A stretch of DNA of 64,000 nucleotides from Terriglobia bacterium (GTDB lineage: Bacteria; Acidobacteriota; Terriglobia; UBA7540): NCBI GenBank assembly GCA_035946625.1, contig DASYZE010000042.1, positions 7,065 to 71,064 on the forward strand, given 5' to 3'. Positions 53,573-61,814 of this stretch are shown here, piece after piece. The notes beneath the pieces are model-generated. The model ran no database searches and was not told the DNA's origin. It saw nothing but the letters and a program-made list of their open reading frames with translations. Each line of letters begins with the position of its first letter. Position 1 is the stretch's first letter. A program made the position numbers and the translations under genes.

Positions 53573-54148
53573 TCATGCTCCCGCGCGAAGTTGCGCCAGG
53601 TCGCGCGTGATCCGGTCCAGCCGTTCCAGCAGCTCGCTGTGGCGGGTATCTTCCGGACTCGGCTTCTTACCCAGAAAAGAGATGATCCCGCCGGGCTCGA
53701 GGACGGCGCGATCCACCTCGCGGAGTGAAGCAAATCCCTGGCGGTGGGCGGCGGCGGCGAGTTCCGCCATGGTCACGGCCTCTTTATTCAGCCGCCCCGT
53801 GTTGATCTTCCCTGTGTCAATCAGCACGTCTTGATCGCCTTCAATCAGGTGGTCCAAGGCCGGGTGCTTGAAAAGAAACCGGACCACGACATAATTGATT
53901 ACGAGCAGAGTCGATGCGCCGATAATCCCGCCGGTTATAGACACATCATCGCCAATGATGGCGTTCTGGACGGTGTTTGAGAGCGTCAAGAGCACGACCA
54001 GATCGAACGGATTGAGCTGTGCCAACTCGCGCTTGCCGCCCAATCGCAGACCTACGACCAGGAAAACGTAAATGATCGCCGGGCGCAAGACCTTCTCCAA
54101 CCAGGGCAGTCCCAGAACAAACATGTCAGTCCAAATCTTGCTATGCAT
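53573..54148 (-). CDS. DUF421 (YetF-like) membrane protein
   Basis: GKRELAQLNPFDLVVLLTLSNTVQNAIIG plus a C-terminal soluble domain. ATG 54148 (MHSKIW) is preferred over 54457. Confidence 0.75.
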   Translation of the reverse strand: MHSKIWTDMFVLGLPWLEKVLRPAIIYVFLVVGLRLGGKRELAQLNPFDLVVLLTLSNTVQNAIIGDDVSITGGIIGASTLLVINYVVVRFLFKHPALDHLIEGDQDVLIDTGKINTGRLNKEAVTMAELAAAAHRQGFASLREVDRAVLEPGGIISFLGKKPSPEDTRHSELLERLDRITRDLAQLRAGA

Positions 54149-54259
54149 AATCTCTCCTTGGTGCTCAGAGTCCTTCGCCGGTCCACTGTCTCCCGTAAAA
54201 ATATCGGCTGTCAACCAATTATGATATATTCGCCAGGCGATATTCGGAGTCAGACATCG

Positions 54260-54709
54260 ATGGCCCTCGTAGCCCAAATTGATGAAGACCTGGTCGCCGC
54301 CATGAAGGCGAAGGAAGAGCTGCGGCTCTCCGTGCTGCGCATGATGAAAACGGCGCTGAAGCTCAAGCAGACCGAAACGGGGAAGGCGCTCGACGATGCG
54401 CAAGCGTTCGCCGTTTGCCGCATCCTCGTGAATCAGCGGCGCGATTCCGCGGAGCAATTTCGCAAGGGTGGGCGCGAGGAAATGGCCGCCAAAGAGGAAG
54501 CGGAAATCAAAATAGTGGAAGGCTATTTGCCCGCCGGGGCCAGTGATGAGGATATCGACGACGCCGTGGCCGCCGCGCTCGCCGAAACCGGCATTACCGC
54601 CGTTAAAGAAATGGGCAAGGTGATGAAAGCCGCCATGGCAAAACTGGCGGGCAAAAACGCGGACGGCAAACGCGTGAGCGAGCGCGTTCGGATGAAACTG
54701 GGCGAGTAA
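54260..54709 (+). CDS. yqeY: GatB/YqeY domain protein
   Basis: LVAQIDEDLVAAMKAKEELRLSVLRMMKTALK...EIKIVEGYLP is typical of YqeY. ATG 54260. Confidence 0.8.
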   Translation: MALVAQIDEDLVAAMKAKEELRLSVLRMMKTALKLKQTETGKALDDAQAFAVCRILVNQRRDSAEQFRKGGREEMAAKEEAEIKIVEGYLPAGASDEDIDDAVAAALAETGITAVKEMGKVMKAAMAKLAGKNADGKRVSERVRMKLGE

Positions 54710-54712
54710 AGC

Positions 54713-54810
54713 AGGATGATGAAGGCTGAATGCTGAATTAAGGCGAAATTATGACCTTGACTTGTCTGGATTCGGATTCATGGTTCATCGTTCCGCCTTC
54801 ATCATTTCCT
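54713..54810. repeat. inverted word-repeats bracketing the yqeY|OPT spacer
   Basis: aggatgatgaaggctgaatgctgaat (54713-54738) versus attcggattcatggttcatcgttccgccttcatcatttcct (54770-54810). The word is (g/a)atgatgaa. Confidence 0.8.
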
Positions 54811-54826
54811 GGAAGAGGCTGAGATC

Positions 54827-56950
54827 ATGGCAACCAGATCAAAAATCCCAGTGCCGGCCTTCACCCCCTTCGTTTCGTCGGACACGATTATTCCCGAGTT
54901 CACTTTCCGCGCCGTCATCGTGGGCGCGTTGCTGGGCATTGTTTTCGGAGCCGTCTCGGTTTATCTCGCCCTGCGCGCGGGGCTGACGGTGAGTGCGTCC
55001 ATTCCCATCTCCGTCCTCTCCATCAGCATTTTCAAGTGGCTGGGCAAATCCACCATTCTGGAAAACAACATTGTGCAGACCACAGGGTCGGCGGGGGAAT
55101 CGGTGGCCGCGGGCGTGGTGTTCACTTTGCCCGCCCTGATTTTTCTCGGCTTCCAACTGGATTACTCCCGAATATTCTTCTCGGCGCTGGCGGGCGGAAT
55201 TCTCGGCATCCTTTTTGTGATTCCCATCCGTATGGCGCTGGTGGTGAAGGAACACGGTATGCTTCCCTATCCGGAAGGCCAGGCTTGCGCCGACGTTTTG
55301 ATTGCGGGAGAAAAGGGCGGCATCCAGGCGGGCAAGGTTTTCGCGGGCGCGGGCATCGGCATGCTTTACAAATTTATGATGGGCCAGCGCGGCGGAATGT
55401 TTTTCTGGAAGGATACCCCGGAATGGCACCCCAGTTGGTATCCGGGCGCGACCCTGGCGGGCGAAATTACGCCGGAATATCTAGGAGTAGGCTACATCAT
55501 CGGGACGCGCGTGGCCGGGCTGATGTTTGCCGGCGGAGTGGTTTCCTGGCTGGTTCTGATTCCCCTGTTCAAGTTTTTTGGCGCCCACTTGCACGAAGTG
55601 ATTTTCCCCGCCACGCTCCAGATTGCGGATATGTCGCCGGGAGAGATTTGGGGAAGCTATATTCGCTACATTGGCGCGGGCGCGGTGACCATGGCGGGGC
55701 TGATTACGCTCGCGCGCACCATTCCCACCATCATCAGCGCCTTCAAAGGGGCCTTCGCGCAGATCAAGGAAACGGGCCTGGGCGGCGGCAAAGCCATCGA
55801 ACGGACGGCGCGCGACCTCCCGCTGTCCGTCGTGATGGGCGGTACGCTCTTCATGGTGATTGCCATCTGGGCGCTGCTTGCTTTCCGCGTGAATCCGGGG
55901 GCGGGTGGAAATTTATTCTCCGCGATCATGATCATTATCTTCGGATTCTTTTTTGCCACCGTATCCGCGCGCATCGTGGGCCTGCTGGGCAATTCTTCCA
56001 ATCCTATTTCGGGCATGACCATTGCCACCTTGGTGGCCACCTGTCTGATTTTTGTGCTGGTAGGCTGGACGGGCAACATCTATTCGGCCGTCGCCCTGAG
56101 CATCGGCGCCATCGTTTGCATCAGCGCGGCCAGCGGCGGCGCTACCACGCAGGACTTGAAGACCGGATTCCTGGTGGGCGCCACGCCGAGTTTGCAGGAG
56201 CTGGGCTTGGCCGTGGGCGTCCTCACTTCCGTCTTCGCCATCGGGATGACGCTGAATTTCATCAACAAAACCTATACCCAGGTAAACCCGATTCAGATTG
56301 CAAACGTCGTAATGACCGCTGAAATGAAACAGCAAGGCGCGGTGAGTTACCAAGACCACGAATACGAACTGCTCACCGTTCTCGGTTCGCGGACCATTCC
56401 CGATGGGCGTTATTATTATGACGCGGCGGCGAAACAGATCGACTTCCAGGAAGTTCCGGGCATCGGCTCCAAGGATTTTGCCGCGCCCCAGGCCACGCTG
56501 ATGAGCGTGGTGATCAGTGGAATCCTGAACCAGCGTCTGCCGTGGACACTACTTCTTTTCGGCGCCTTCATCGTGATCTCTCTCGAGCTGTGCGGTGTGC
56601 GGTCGCTGGCCTTCGCCGTGGGATCTTACCTTCCCATTTCCACCACCGCCACCATTTTTGCCGGCGGCGTGGTGAAGTGGCTGGTGCAGCGGGGCGATAA
56701 ATCGGGGGCGGAAGAATCGGAAGCGGGCAGTGGCGCGCTGTTCAGTTCCGGTTTGATCGCGGGGGGGTCGCTGGGAGGTTTGGCGCTGGCGGTGGTGGTG
56801 GGATTTAAATTTGAAGATGCGGTGAACCTCGGCACGCGGTGGTTCCCCGGTTTCGCCCGGAGCGACCTGGCGGCGCTCATTATTTTCATCGGACTCGCGG
56901 CGCTGCTTTACTTCGTGGCCAAATCGAAAAGCCCGGCGGCGAGCGACTAG
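54827..56950 (+). CDS. OPT family oligopeptide transporter
   Basis: 707 aa with about 16 TM helices. PEFTFRAVIVGALLGIVFGAVSVYLALRAGLTVSASIP and NPISGMTIAT motifs of bacterial OPT proteins. Confidence 0.85.
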   Translation: MATRSKIPVPAFTPFVSSDTIIPEFTFRAVIVGALLGIVFGAVSVYLALRAGLTVSASIPISVLSISIFKWLGKSTILENNIVQTTGSAGESVAAGVVFTLPALIFLGFQLDYSRIFFSALAGGILGILFVIPIRMALVVKEHGMLPYPEGQACADVLIAGEKGGIQAGKVFAGAGIGMLYKFMMGQRGGMFFWKDTPEWHPSWYPGATLAGEITPEYLGVGYIIGTRVAGLMFAGGVVSWLVLIPLFKFFGAHLHEVIFPATLQIADMSPGEIWGSYIRYIGAGAVTMAGLITLARTIPTIISAFKGAFAQIKETGLGGGKAIERTARDLPLSVVMGGTLFMVIAIWALLAFRVNPGAGGNLFSAIMIIIFGFFFATVSARIVGLLGNSSNPISGMTIATLVATCLIFVLVGWTGNIYSAVALSIGAIVCISAASGGATTQDLKTGFLVGATPSLQELGLAVGVLTSVFAIGMTLNFINKTYTQVNPIQIANVVMTAEMKQQGAVSYQDHEYELLTVLGSRTIPDGRYYYDAAAKQIDFQEVPGIGSKDFAAPQATLMSVVISGILNQRLPWTLLLFGAFIVISLELCGVRSLAFAVGSYLPISTTATIFAGGVVKWLVQRGDKSGAEESEAGSGALFSSGLIAGGSLGGLALAVVVGFKFEDAVNLGTRWFPGFARSDLAALIIFIGLAALLYFVAKSKSPAASD

Positions 56951-57052
56951 AAAAAAATGATGAACGCAGAATGATGAATTAAAAAGGCGGGAGCAACTTT
57001 AGGGGGTAAGGTTTGTTGCTTAACATTCAACATTTATTCATTTTTTTCCGCC
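56951..57052. repeat. A-tract / imperfect inverted word-repeat / T-tract between convergent genes
   Basis: aaaaaaatgatgaacgcagaatgatgaattaaaaagg (56951-) versus ttaacattcaacatttattcatttttttcc (-57050). Possible bidirectional terminator. Shares aatgatgaatt with the reverse complement of 34661-34679. Confidence 0.6.
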
Positions 57053-57070
57053 TGCCAATTCTCTCCGGCC

Positions 57071-57910
57071 TTAAATACCTGCGGGCGTCGCCGAGGCGTA
57101 GCGCAAACCGTATAGGACTCTGTCTTTGGCGCTGAAGGTGTCTTTGCGCAGGACTTTGGCGCTCCGCTCGAGGTTTCGACCGGTGGCGGTAAGGGGACAA
57201 ACCACCGTCACATAATCGCCCACAGCCAGCTTGAGCCCCAGAGCCACGGCAAGATCAGCCTGGGACATATTCTCCGTCCGGGTCGCCTCTGTTTCGCCTT
57301 TCTGATTGCGGACGAGAACGGGCAGCCTCAGCAGGAGGCGTCTTTTCGCACGTCTTTCTTCCTCCGGTTGAGTCAAGGAGTCGAGACGGCTGGCAAGCGA
57401 AAGTTGTGTCGGACGGTGGGCGGGGTCAGCGTAAATCCAGGAAGTGGATTGGCCGCAATGGTTGCAAAAATTTTGAATCACACCTGTTGACTCGATCACT
57501 TCAATTTCCACCAAGGTCAGGGGCCAGAAGAATTTCTTCATGCACGCCTGGCACTCGAGCAGGGCCGAAGCGTGCGCTTTGCCTTCCTCGGCCGCGGGCG
57601 GGAAATCAATGCCCCAGATGTTCATGCCGTCTTTCAAATACTCCACGCCCCATTCCACGCCTTCCGGGGTGGCTTCACTGGTGGGGCCGACCACGCGAAA
57701 ATCCGCTGCCGCGTCGCTGATCAAATTAAAAATTCGAAGTTGGTCTTCAGGATGGAGTTCGTGCTTTAGGAGGATCAAGGCGCCGCCCCGATTCACCACC
57801 AAGGTGCGCGTTTCTTCCGCGAACTCACCCGCCGCAGTGTCCGGCCCCGCCACTAAGATGGGGATGGACATCCTGATCCTGTCCGAACGTCTTTGTCCGG
57901 GGCTTGCCAT
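57071..57910 (-). CDS. PilZ-like / 4-Cys zinc ribbon / PilZ-like protein (paralogue 3)
   Basis: QRRSDRI...VNRGGALI. NIWGIDFPP...LECQAC...CNHC. C-terminal RAKRR, but the second motif is degenerate (NMSQAD). Confidence 0.65.
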   Translation of the reverse strand: MASPGQRRSDRIRMSIPILVAGPDTAAGEFAEETRTLVVNRGGALILLKHELHPEDQLRIFNLISDAAADFRVVGPTSEATPEGVEWGVEYLKDGMNIWGIDFPPAAEEGKAHASALLECQACMKKFFWPLTLVEIEVIESTGVIQNFCNHCGQSTSWIYADPAHRPTQLSLASRLDSLTQPEEERRAKRRLLLRLPVLVRNQKGETEATRTENMSQADLAVALGLKLAVGDYVTVVCPLTATGRNLERSAKVLRKDTFSAKDRVLYGLRYASATPAGI

Positions 57911-58032
57911 TTCCTCAATATGCAAAATCCAGGGAGTACTTACCGACTGCTAAGCCCATCTTGCACAAATGAAGGGCCTGATGCAACTATATTCACGCAA
58001 GACCTTCCTCAATTCCAATTGCATTGTGGGTG

Positions 58033-58052
58033 GATTCCCGCTTTCGCGGGAA
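58033..58052. repeat. short GC hairpin attcccgc-tttc-gcgggaat
   Basis: Perfect 8-bp stem with a 4-nt loop in the PilZ3|rhomboid divergent spacer. Looks like widely dispersed REP-type hairpins. Confidence 0.6.
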
Positions 58053-58148
58053 TGACAGCACTTGGGAACGCGCCCATCTTGCGAATGACACGTCTACCGG
58101 GACGGCCAAGTCCGTTGGCCGTGCTCGCAGGGCTGTGATAGGCTGTGA

Positions 58149-58910
58149 ATGATGTCGTATCGTCAACAAGGTTCCATTTCGTTCGGCCCGCCGCTTACTG
58201 GAGTGGTGAAGTATCTCATTATTTCTACTTCCGCCGTCTTTTTGCTGACCTTTCTTCCCGCCCAATTGTTCCACTGGGACTATCCCAATTTGTACTTCAG
58301 CCTCATCCCCTATGCCGTCACCCACTTTGTTCCGCTGGCGGGTGGCTTGCGGCTGCCCTACATCTGGCAGCCCGTCACCTACCTTTTTCTTCACGGCGGG
58401 TGGTTTCACATCATCTTCAACCTCTTTGCCCTTTGGATGTTTGGCGCAGACCTTGAACGCCTGTGGGGTCCACGCCAATTTTTGTTTTATTTTTTCCTTA
58501 CAGGAATCGGCGCGGGACTTTTTGACGTGCTGCTTCAACCGAACGCCACCATCCCCACCATCGGAAACTCGGGTGCGATTTACGGGATTCTTCTCGCCTA
58601 CGGCGTCCTCTTTCCTGACCGTCCGATATTTCTCTGGATGATCATCCCCATCAAGGCGAAATGGTTTGTGGTGATCATGGGCGCGATTGAATTCGTTAGT
58701 TCGTTGAGCGGGCCGGGCACCGGGGTTGCTCACGTGGCCCACCTGGGCGGCATGTTGTTTGGCTACCTCTATCTGCGCGGGGGAGGGATGCCTTACCGGT
58801 GGCAGCTCAAATATCATGAGTGGCGGCGCGCACGGCTGCGCAGGAAATTTGAAGTCTATATGACCAAGCAAGACAAGAAGAAGGATCAACACGGGCCGTG
58901 GATCAATTAG
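58149..58910 (+). CDS. rhomboid family intramembrane serine protease
   Basis: GNSGAIYGIL (catalytic Ser) and HVAHLGGMLFG (catalytic His) motifs, WQPVTYLFLHGGWFH, and 6 TM helices. Confidence 0.85.
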   Translation: MMSYRQQGSISFGPPLTGVVKYLIISTSAVFLLTFLPAQLFHWDYPNLYFSLIPYAVTHFVPLAGGLRLPYIWQPVTYLFLHGGWFHIIFNLFALWMFGADLERLWGPRQFLFYFFLTGIGAGLFDVLLQPNATIPTIGNSGAIYGILLAYGVLFPDRPIFLWMIIPIKAKWFVVIMGAIEFVSSLSGPGTGVAHVAHLGGMLFGYLYLRGGGMPYRWQLKYHEWRRARLRRKFEVYMTKQDKKKDQHGPWIN

Positions 58911-58911
58911 G

Positions 58912-58951
58912 AATTGGTGATTGGTGATTTGTGATTGGTGATTTGCGATTG
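58912..58951. repeat. stuttering direct word repeat ggtgatt(t)g x5
   Basis: aattggtgattggtgatttgtgattggtgatttgcgattg. Its reverse complement shares caatcgcaaatc with 38436-38447. Confidence 0.8.
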
Positions 58952-59069
58952 AAGAGCAGGGCGCAAGTTCGAGATTGGTTTTTGCAAAAGGGTGCCTTGA
59001 CACTCGCTCCGCTGGATGCTAGTTTGTTTTCGTTCAATCGTTCTTTGAAATTTCATGTTCCTGCGGTGA

Positions 59070-59252
59070 TCCCGATTTCGCTTCGCGAGGTCGGGAATAA
59101 AAGGAAAGGCCGTGAAAATCGGCCGCGGTCCCGCCACTGTGATCGGCGAGCCGAATCCTCGAATGCAGAAATGCAGGCCACTGTCCGTCGACTGACGGAT
59201 GGGAAGGCTGAGGATGAGGCGATAACCCGAAAGCCAGGAAGCCTGCCCGGGA
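59070..59252 (+). promoter_or_regulatory. cobalamin (B12) riboswitch
   Basis: GGGAAUAAAAGGAAAGGCCGUGAAAAUCGGCCGCGGUCCCGCCACUGUGA core, GGCCACUG...GGGAAGGC extension, and B12 box AGCCAGGAAGCCUGCC (59232-59247). Boundaries approximate. Confidence 0.8.
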
Positions 59253-59416
59253 ACTCTCACTCAACCTAACTCTTCGGCGGAAAGAGTCCTGGGGAAGCGA
59301 CCACGCCTCCCGATTCCGATTCGATGGATTGGGGGGCGTTTTGTTTTCCTGCCCCGATTCTTCCGGAACTCCTTCTGCCGTCAACCACCCGTCGAGTGAA
59401 CGGGAAGGAGATCCAA

Positions 59417-61753
59417 ATGAAGCCAGAAGTCAGAAGATCGAAACCAGAAGTCAGGAGTCAGAAGTCAGGAGTCAGAAGCCGAAGGCCGGAAATCTCCCGA
59501 CCTCCTTGTTACTTCCAAAAAGGTATCAATGTATTCCTCACTGCCTTGTTTCTGCTCTGTGGAGCGGGCGCGTGGGCTGCGACGATCCAGGGAACCGTTC
59601 TTGATCCGGGAGGACGCCCGGTCGCGCGGGCGAAAGTCAGTTTGCTCGCGTCACGCATTGCCATTGAGCAACGCGAGACCGATTCAAAAGGTGAATATCG
59701 GTTTGAAGGATTGAAAGCGGGAGCGTACACCCTGGTCTCCAACGCGCCGGGCCTTTCCGCCACGGCAAGCGACTTGCGAATCCAGGCCGACGAGAGTCGG
59801 AAGGCAGATTTGCATCTCGAGATCAGCGCCGTGCAGCAACACGTGGTGGTTTCGGCCTCGCTGGGAGGAGCGCTCGCTCCGGAAATCGGGTCATCGGTGA
59901 GCGTGGTTACCCGCCAGGAAATGGATGACCGCGACGCGCAGTCCGTTCTCGACGTCCTGAGTGGCGTGCCCGGCGTGGCAGTGAACCAGACAGGACGGCG
60001 CGGCGGCGTGACCGGAGTCTTCATCCGAGGCGGCAATTCCAATTACAATCTGGTGATGATCGACGGGATCCCGTTGAACGAGTTTGGCGGAGATTTCGAT
60101 TTTGCGCCGCTGCCCGCCGATGGCGTGGACCACGTGGAGATCACTCGAGGGCCCGAGAGCGCCCTCTATGGCTCCAATGCCGTGACCGGCGTCATCAACA
60201 TTGTCACCCGGCAGGGCGAGGGGCCGCCGCACTTTACCGTCCTGGCGGAAGGCGGCAGCTTTGACACGGGGCGCGCGGCGGCCAGCGGCAGCGGCCTCAC
60301 CCACGGTGTGGGTTGGGCAGTGGACCTTTCAAGGCTCGATTCGGGCGGGGTGGTGACCAATGACCGGTACCGAAACCAGTCCGCGTTCCTCAGCCTTGGA
60401 TATGCGCGCAATCCGCGCCGCCAGATCAATTTCCATTTCTTCGGCAACGCGAATGATGCCGGCGCGCCCGGCCCCTACGGGTCCGACCCCGATCAACTTT
60501 TTACGGGTATTGATACTGTCTCGCGCGACAAACAAAACATGTTCGGGTATGAGGGCAGTTACGCCGAACAATTCTCCCCGCGCTTCCGCCAGGTGGTGAG
60601 CCTGAGTGCGGCCACTAACGATTACTATTTCAAGTCGCCCTTTGGCGATTCCTATTCCAACAATCTGCGCGGCGTGTTGAACACACAAAGCGAGTTGACT
60701 CTCTCGAGCAAGGATTTTTTAGTGGCAGGTTTTGAATACAACCGCGAGCAGACGAAGAACACTTACATCGCTGATGCTAACAACACGCCGTTTCTCCTGC
60801 CGCGAACCAGCCTGGCTTATTTCGTCGAGAACCGGTGGAGCCCCACTCGGCGCCTGTTTGTGACCACCGGAGTGCGCGCGGACGATCTTCGCACTCACTC
60901 GCTTCCGGCGGACGCCTTCGGCTCGCGGCCATTCCTCCCCGCAACTTCAATTGTAAAAATTAATCCGCGAACCTCGGTGGCCTACCTGGTGCGGGAAGGG
61001 ACGGCTGGAAATAGGTTGGGCGCCACGCGCCTGCATTCGAGCTTTGGCACCGGCATCCGCGCCGCCAACGGATTCGAGTTGGCGTTCACCAACAATCCGC
61101 GCTTGAAGCCCGAGAAAAGCATCAGTTTCGACGCGGGAGTCGAGCAGAGATTCTTTTCCAACCGCGCCGTGCTGGACGCGACTTACTTTTACAATCGCTT
61201 CGAGGATCAAATTGTTGTCCTAGGCGGCTCGTTGACCAATCTCAGCACGTTCACCTCCGCGAACCTGGGCAACGCTCGCGCGCAGGGCGCGGAGCTATCC
61301 TTCCGACTCCAACCCACACGTTCATTACAAATCGAAACTGTATACACGCTGCTCGACAGCTCCATCCTGGCGCTTGAGAATGCCAGCGTCGCTTTGTCCC
61401 CTTTCCATGTGGGCCAAGCTCTGGTGAGGCGACCCAGGAACTCTGCTTTCTATAACGTCACCTGGCAGCGCGGCCGGCTGATGCTCAATACCGACGCCTA
61501 TATTCGCGGGCAGGAGCTTGACCTCGAACCCAATGACGGCACCTTCGCGTGCACCCTCGGACTCCCTTGTTTTTTCAATAACAAAGGTTACACGCGGGCC
61601 GACGCTGGATTCGCCTACCGGTTGCCGGGCGGGGTTGAAATTTATGGGCGAGTGAACAATTTCTTGAATCACAAATATGAGGAATCTTTTGGATTCCCTT
61701 CCCTTCGTCTGAATTTTATTGCCGGACTGAAATTTACCTTCCCCTGGGAATAG
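59417..61753 (+). CDS. TonB-dependent receptor with N-terminal CarboxypepD_reg domain (probable corrinoid receptor)
   Basis: SD GAAGGAG lies 6 nt before ATG 59417. TIQGTVLDPGGRPV (CarboxypepD_reg), plug domain (VSVVTRQEMDDR, GVAVNQTG, IRGG), C-terminal beta-barrel ending in F-x-W. Sits behind the B12 riboswitch. Confidence 0.85.
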   Translation: MKPEVRRSKPEVRSQKSGVRSRRPEISRPPCYFQKGINVFLTALFLLCGAGAWAATIQGTVLDPGGRPVARAKVSLLASRIAIEQRETDSKGEYRFEGLKAGAYTLVSNAPGLSATASDLRIQADESRKADLHLEISAVQQHVVVSASLGGALAPEIGSSVSVVTRQEMDDRDAQSVLDVLSGVPGVAVNQTGRRGGVTGVFIRGGNSNYNLVMIDGIPLNEFGGDFDFAPLPADGVDHVEITRGPESALYGSNAVTGVINIVTRQGEGPPHFTVLAEGGSFDTGRAAASGSGLTHGVGWAVDLSRLDSGGVVTNDRYRNQSAFLSLGYARNPRRQINFHFFGNANDAGAPGPYGSDPDQLFTGIDTVSRDKQNMFGYEGSYAEQFSPRFRQVVSLSAATNDYYFKSPFGDSYSNNLRGVLNTQSELTLSSKDFLVAGFEYNREQTKNTYIADANNTPFLLPRTSLAYFVENRWSPTRRLFVTTGVRADDLRTHSLPADAFGSRPFLPATSIVKINPRTSVAYLVREGTAGNRLGATRLHSSFGTGIRAANGFELAFTNNPRLKPEKSISFDAGVEQRFFSNRAVLDATYFYNRFEDQIVVLGGSLTNLSTFTSANLGNARAQGAELSFRLQPTRSLQIETVYTLLDSSILALENASVALSPFHVGQALVRRPRNSAFYNVTWQRGRLMLNTDAYIRGQELDLEPNDGTFACTLGLPCFFNNKGYTRADAGFAYRLPGGVEIYGRVNNFLNHKYEESFGFPSLRLNFIAGLKFTFPWE
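59421..59485. repeat. stuttering word repeat (c)agaagtcag(g) inside the 5' end of the receptor CDS
   Basis: agccagaagtcagaagatcgaaaccagaagtcaggagtcagaagtcaggagtcagaagccgaagg. Translated as PEVRRSKPEVRSQKSGVRSRRPE. Confidence 0.8.
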
Positions 61754-61814
61754 ATTCAGGCGGCAGGCGTGCGGAGCGGGCGTGGAGGTCCGCGGACACT
61801 GTGCCAACAGTAAT

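Noticed and set aside
57993-59003. 336-aa minus-strand ORF covering the rhomboid gene and both flanking repeats.
   Set aside because: It is antisense to a rhomboid protease with both catalytic motifs. Its ends merely translate repeat words (ITNHQSQITNHQ) and a REP hairpin (SFPRKRES).
58912-59485. Short tandem repeats considered as a possible CRISPR array.
   Set aside because: The units are 6-10 nt degenerate words without unique spacers of constant length, and no cas genes are present.
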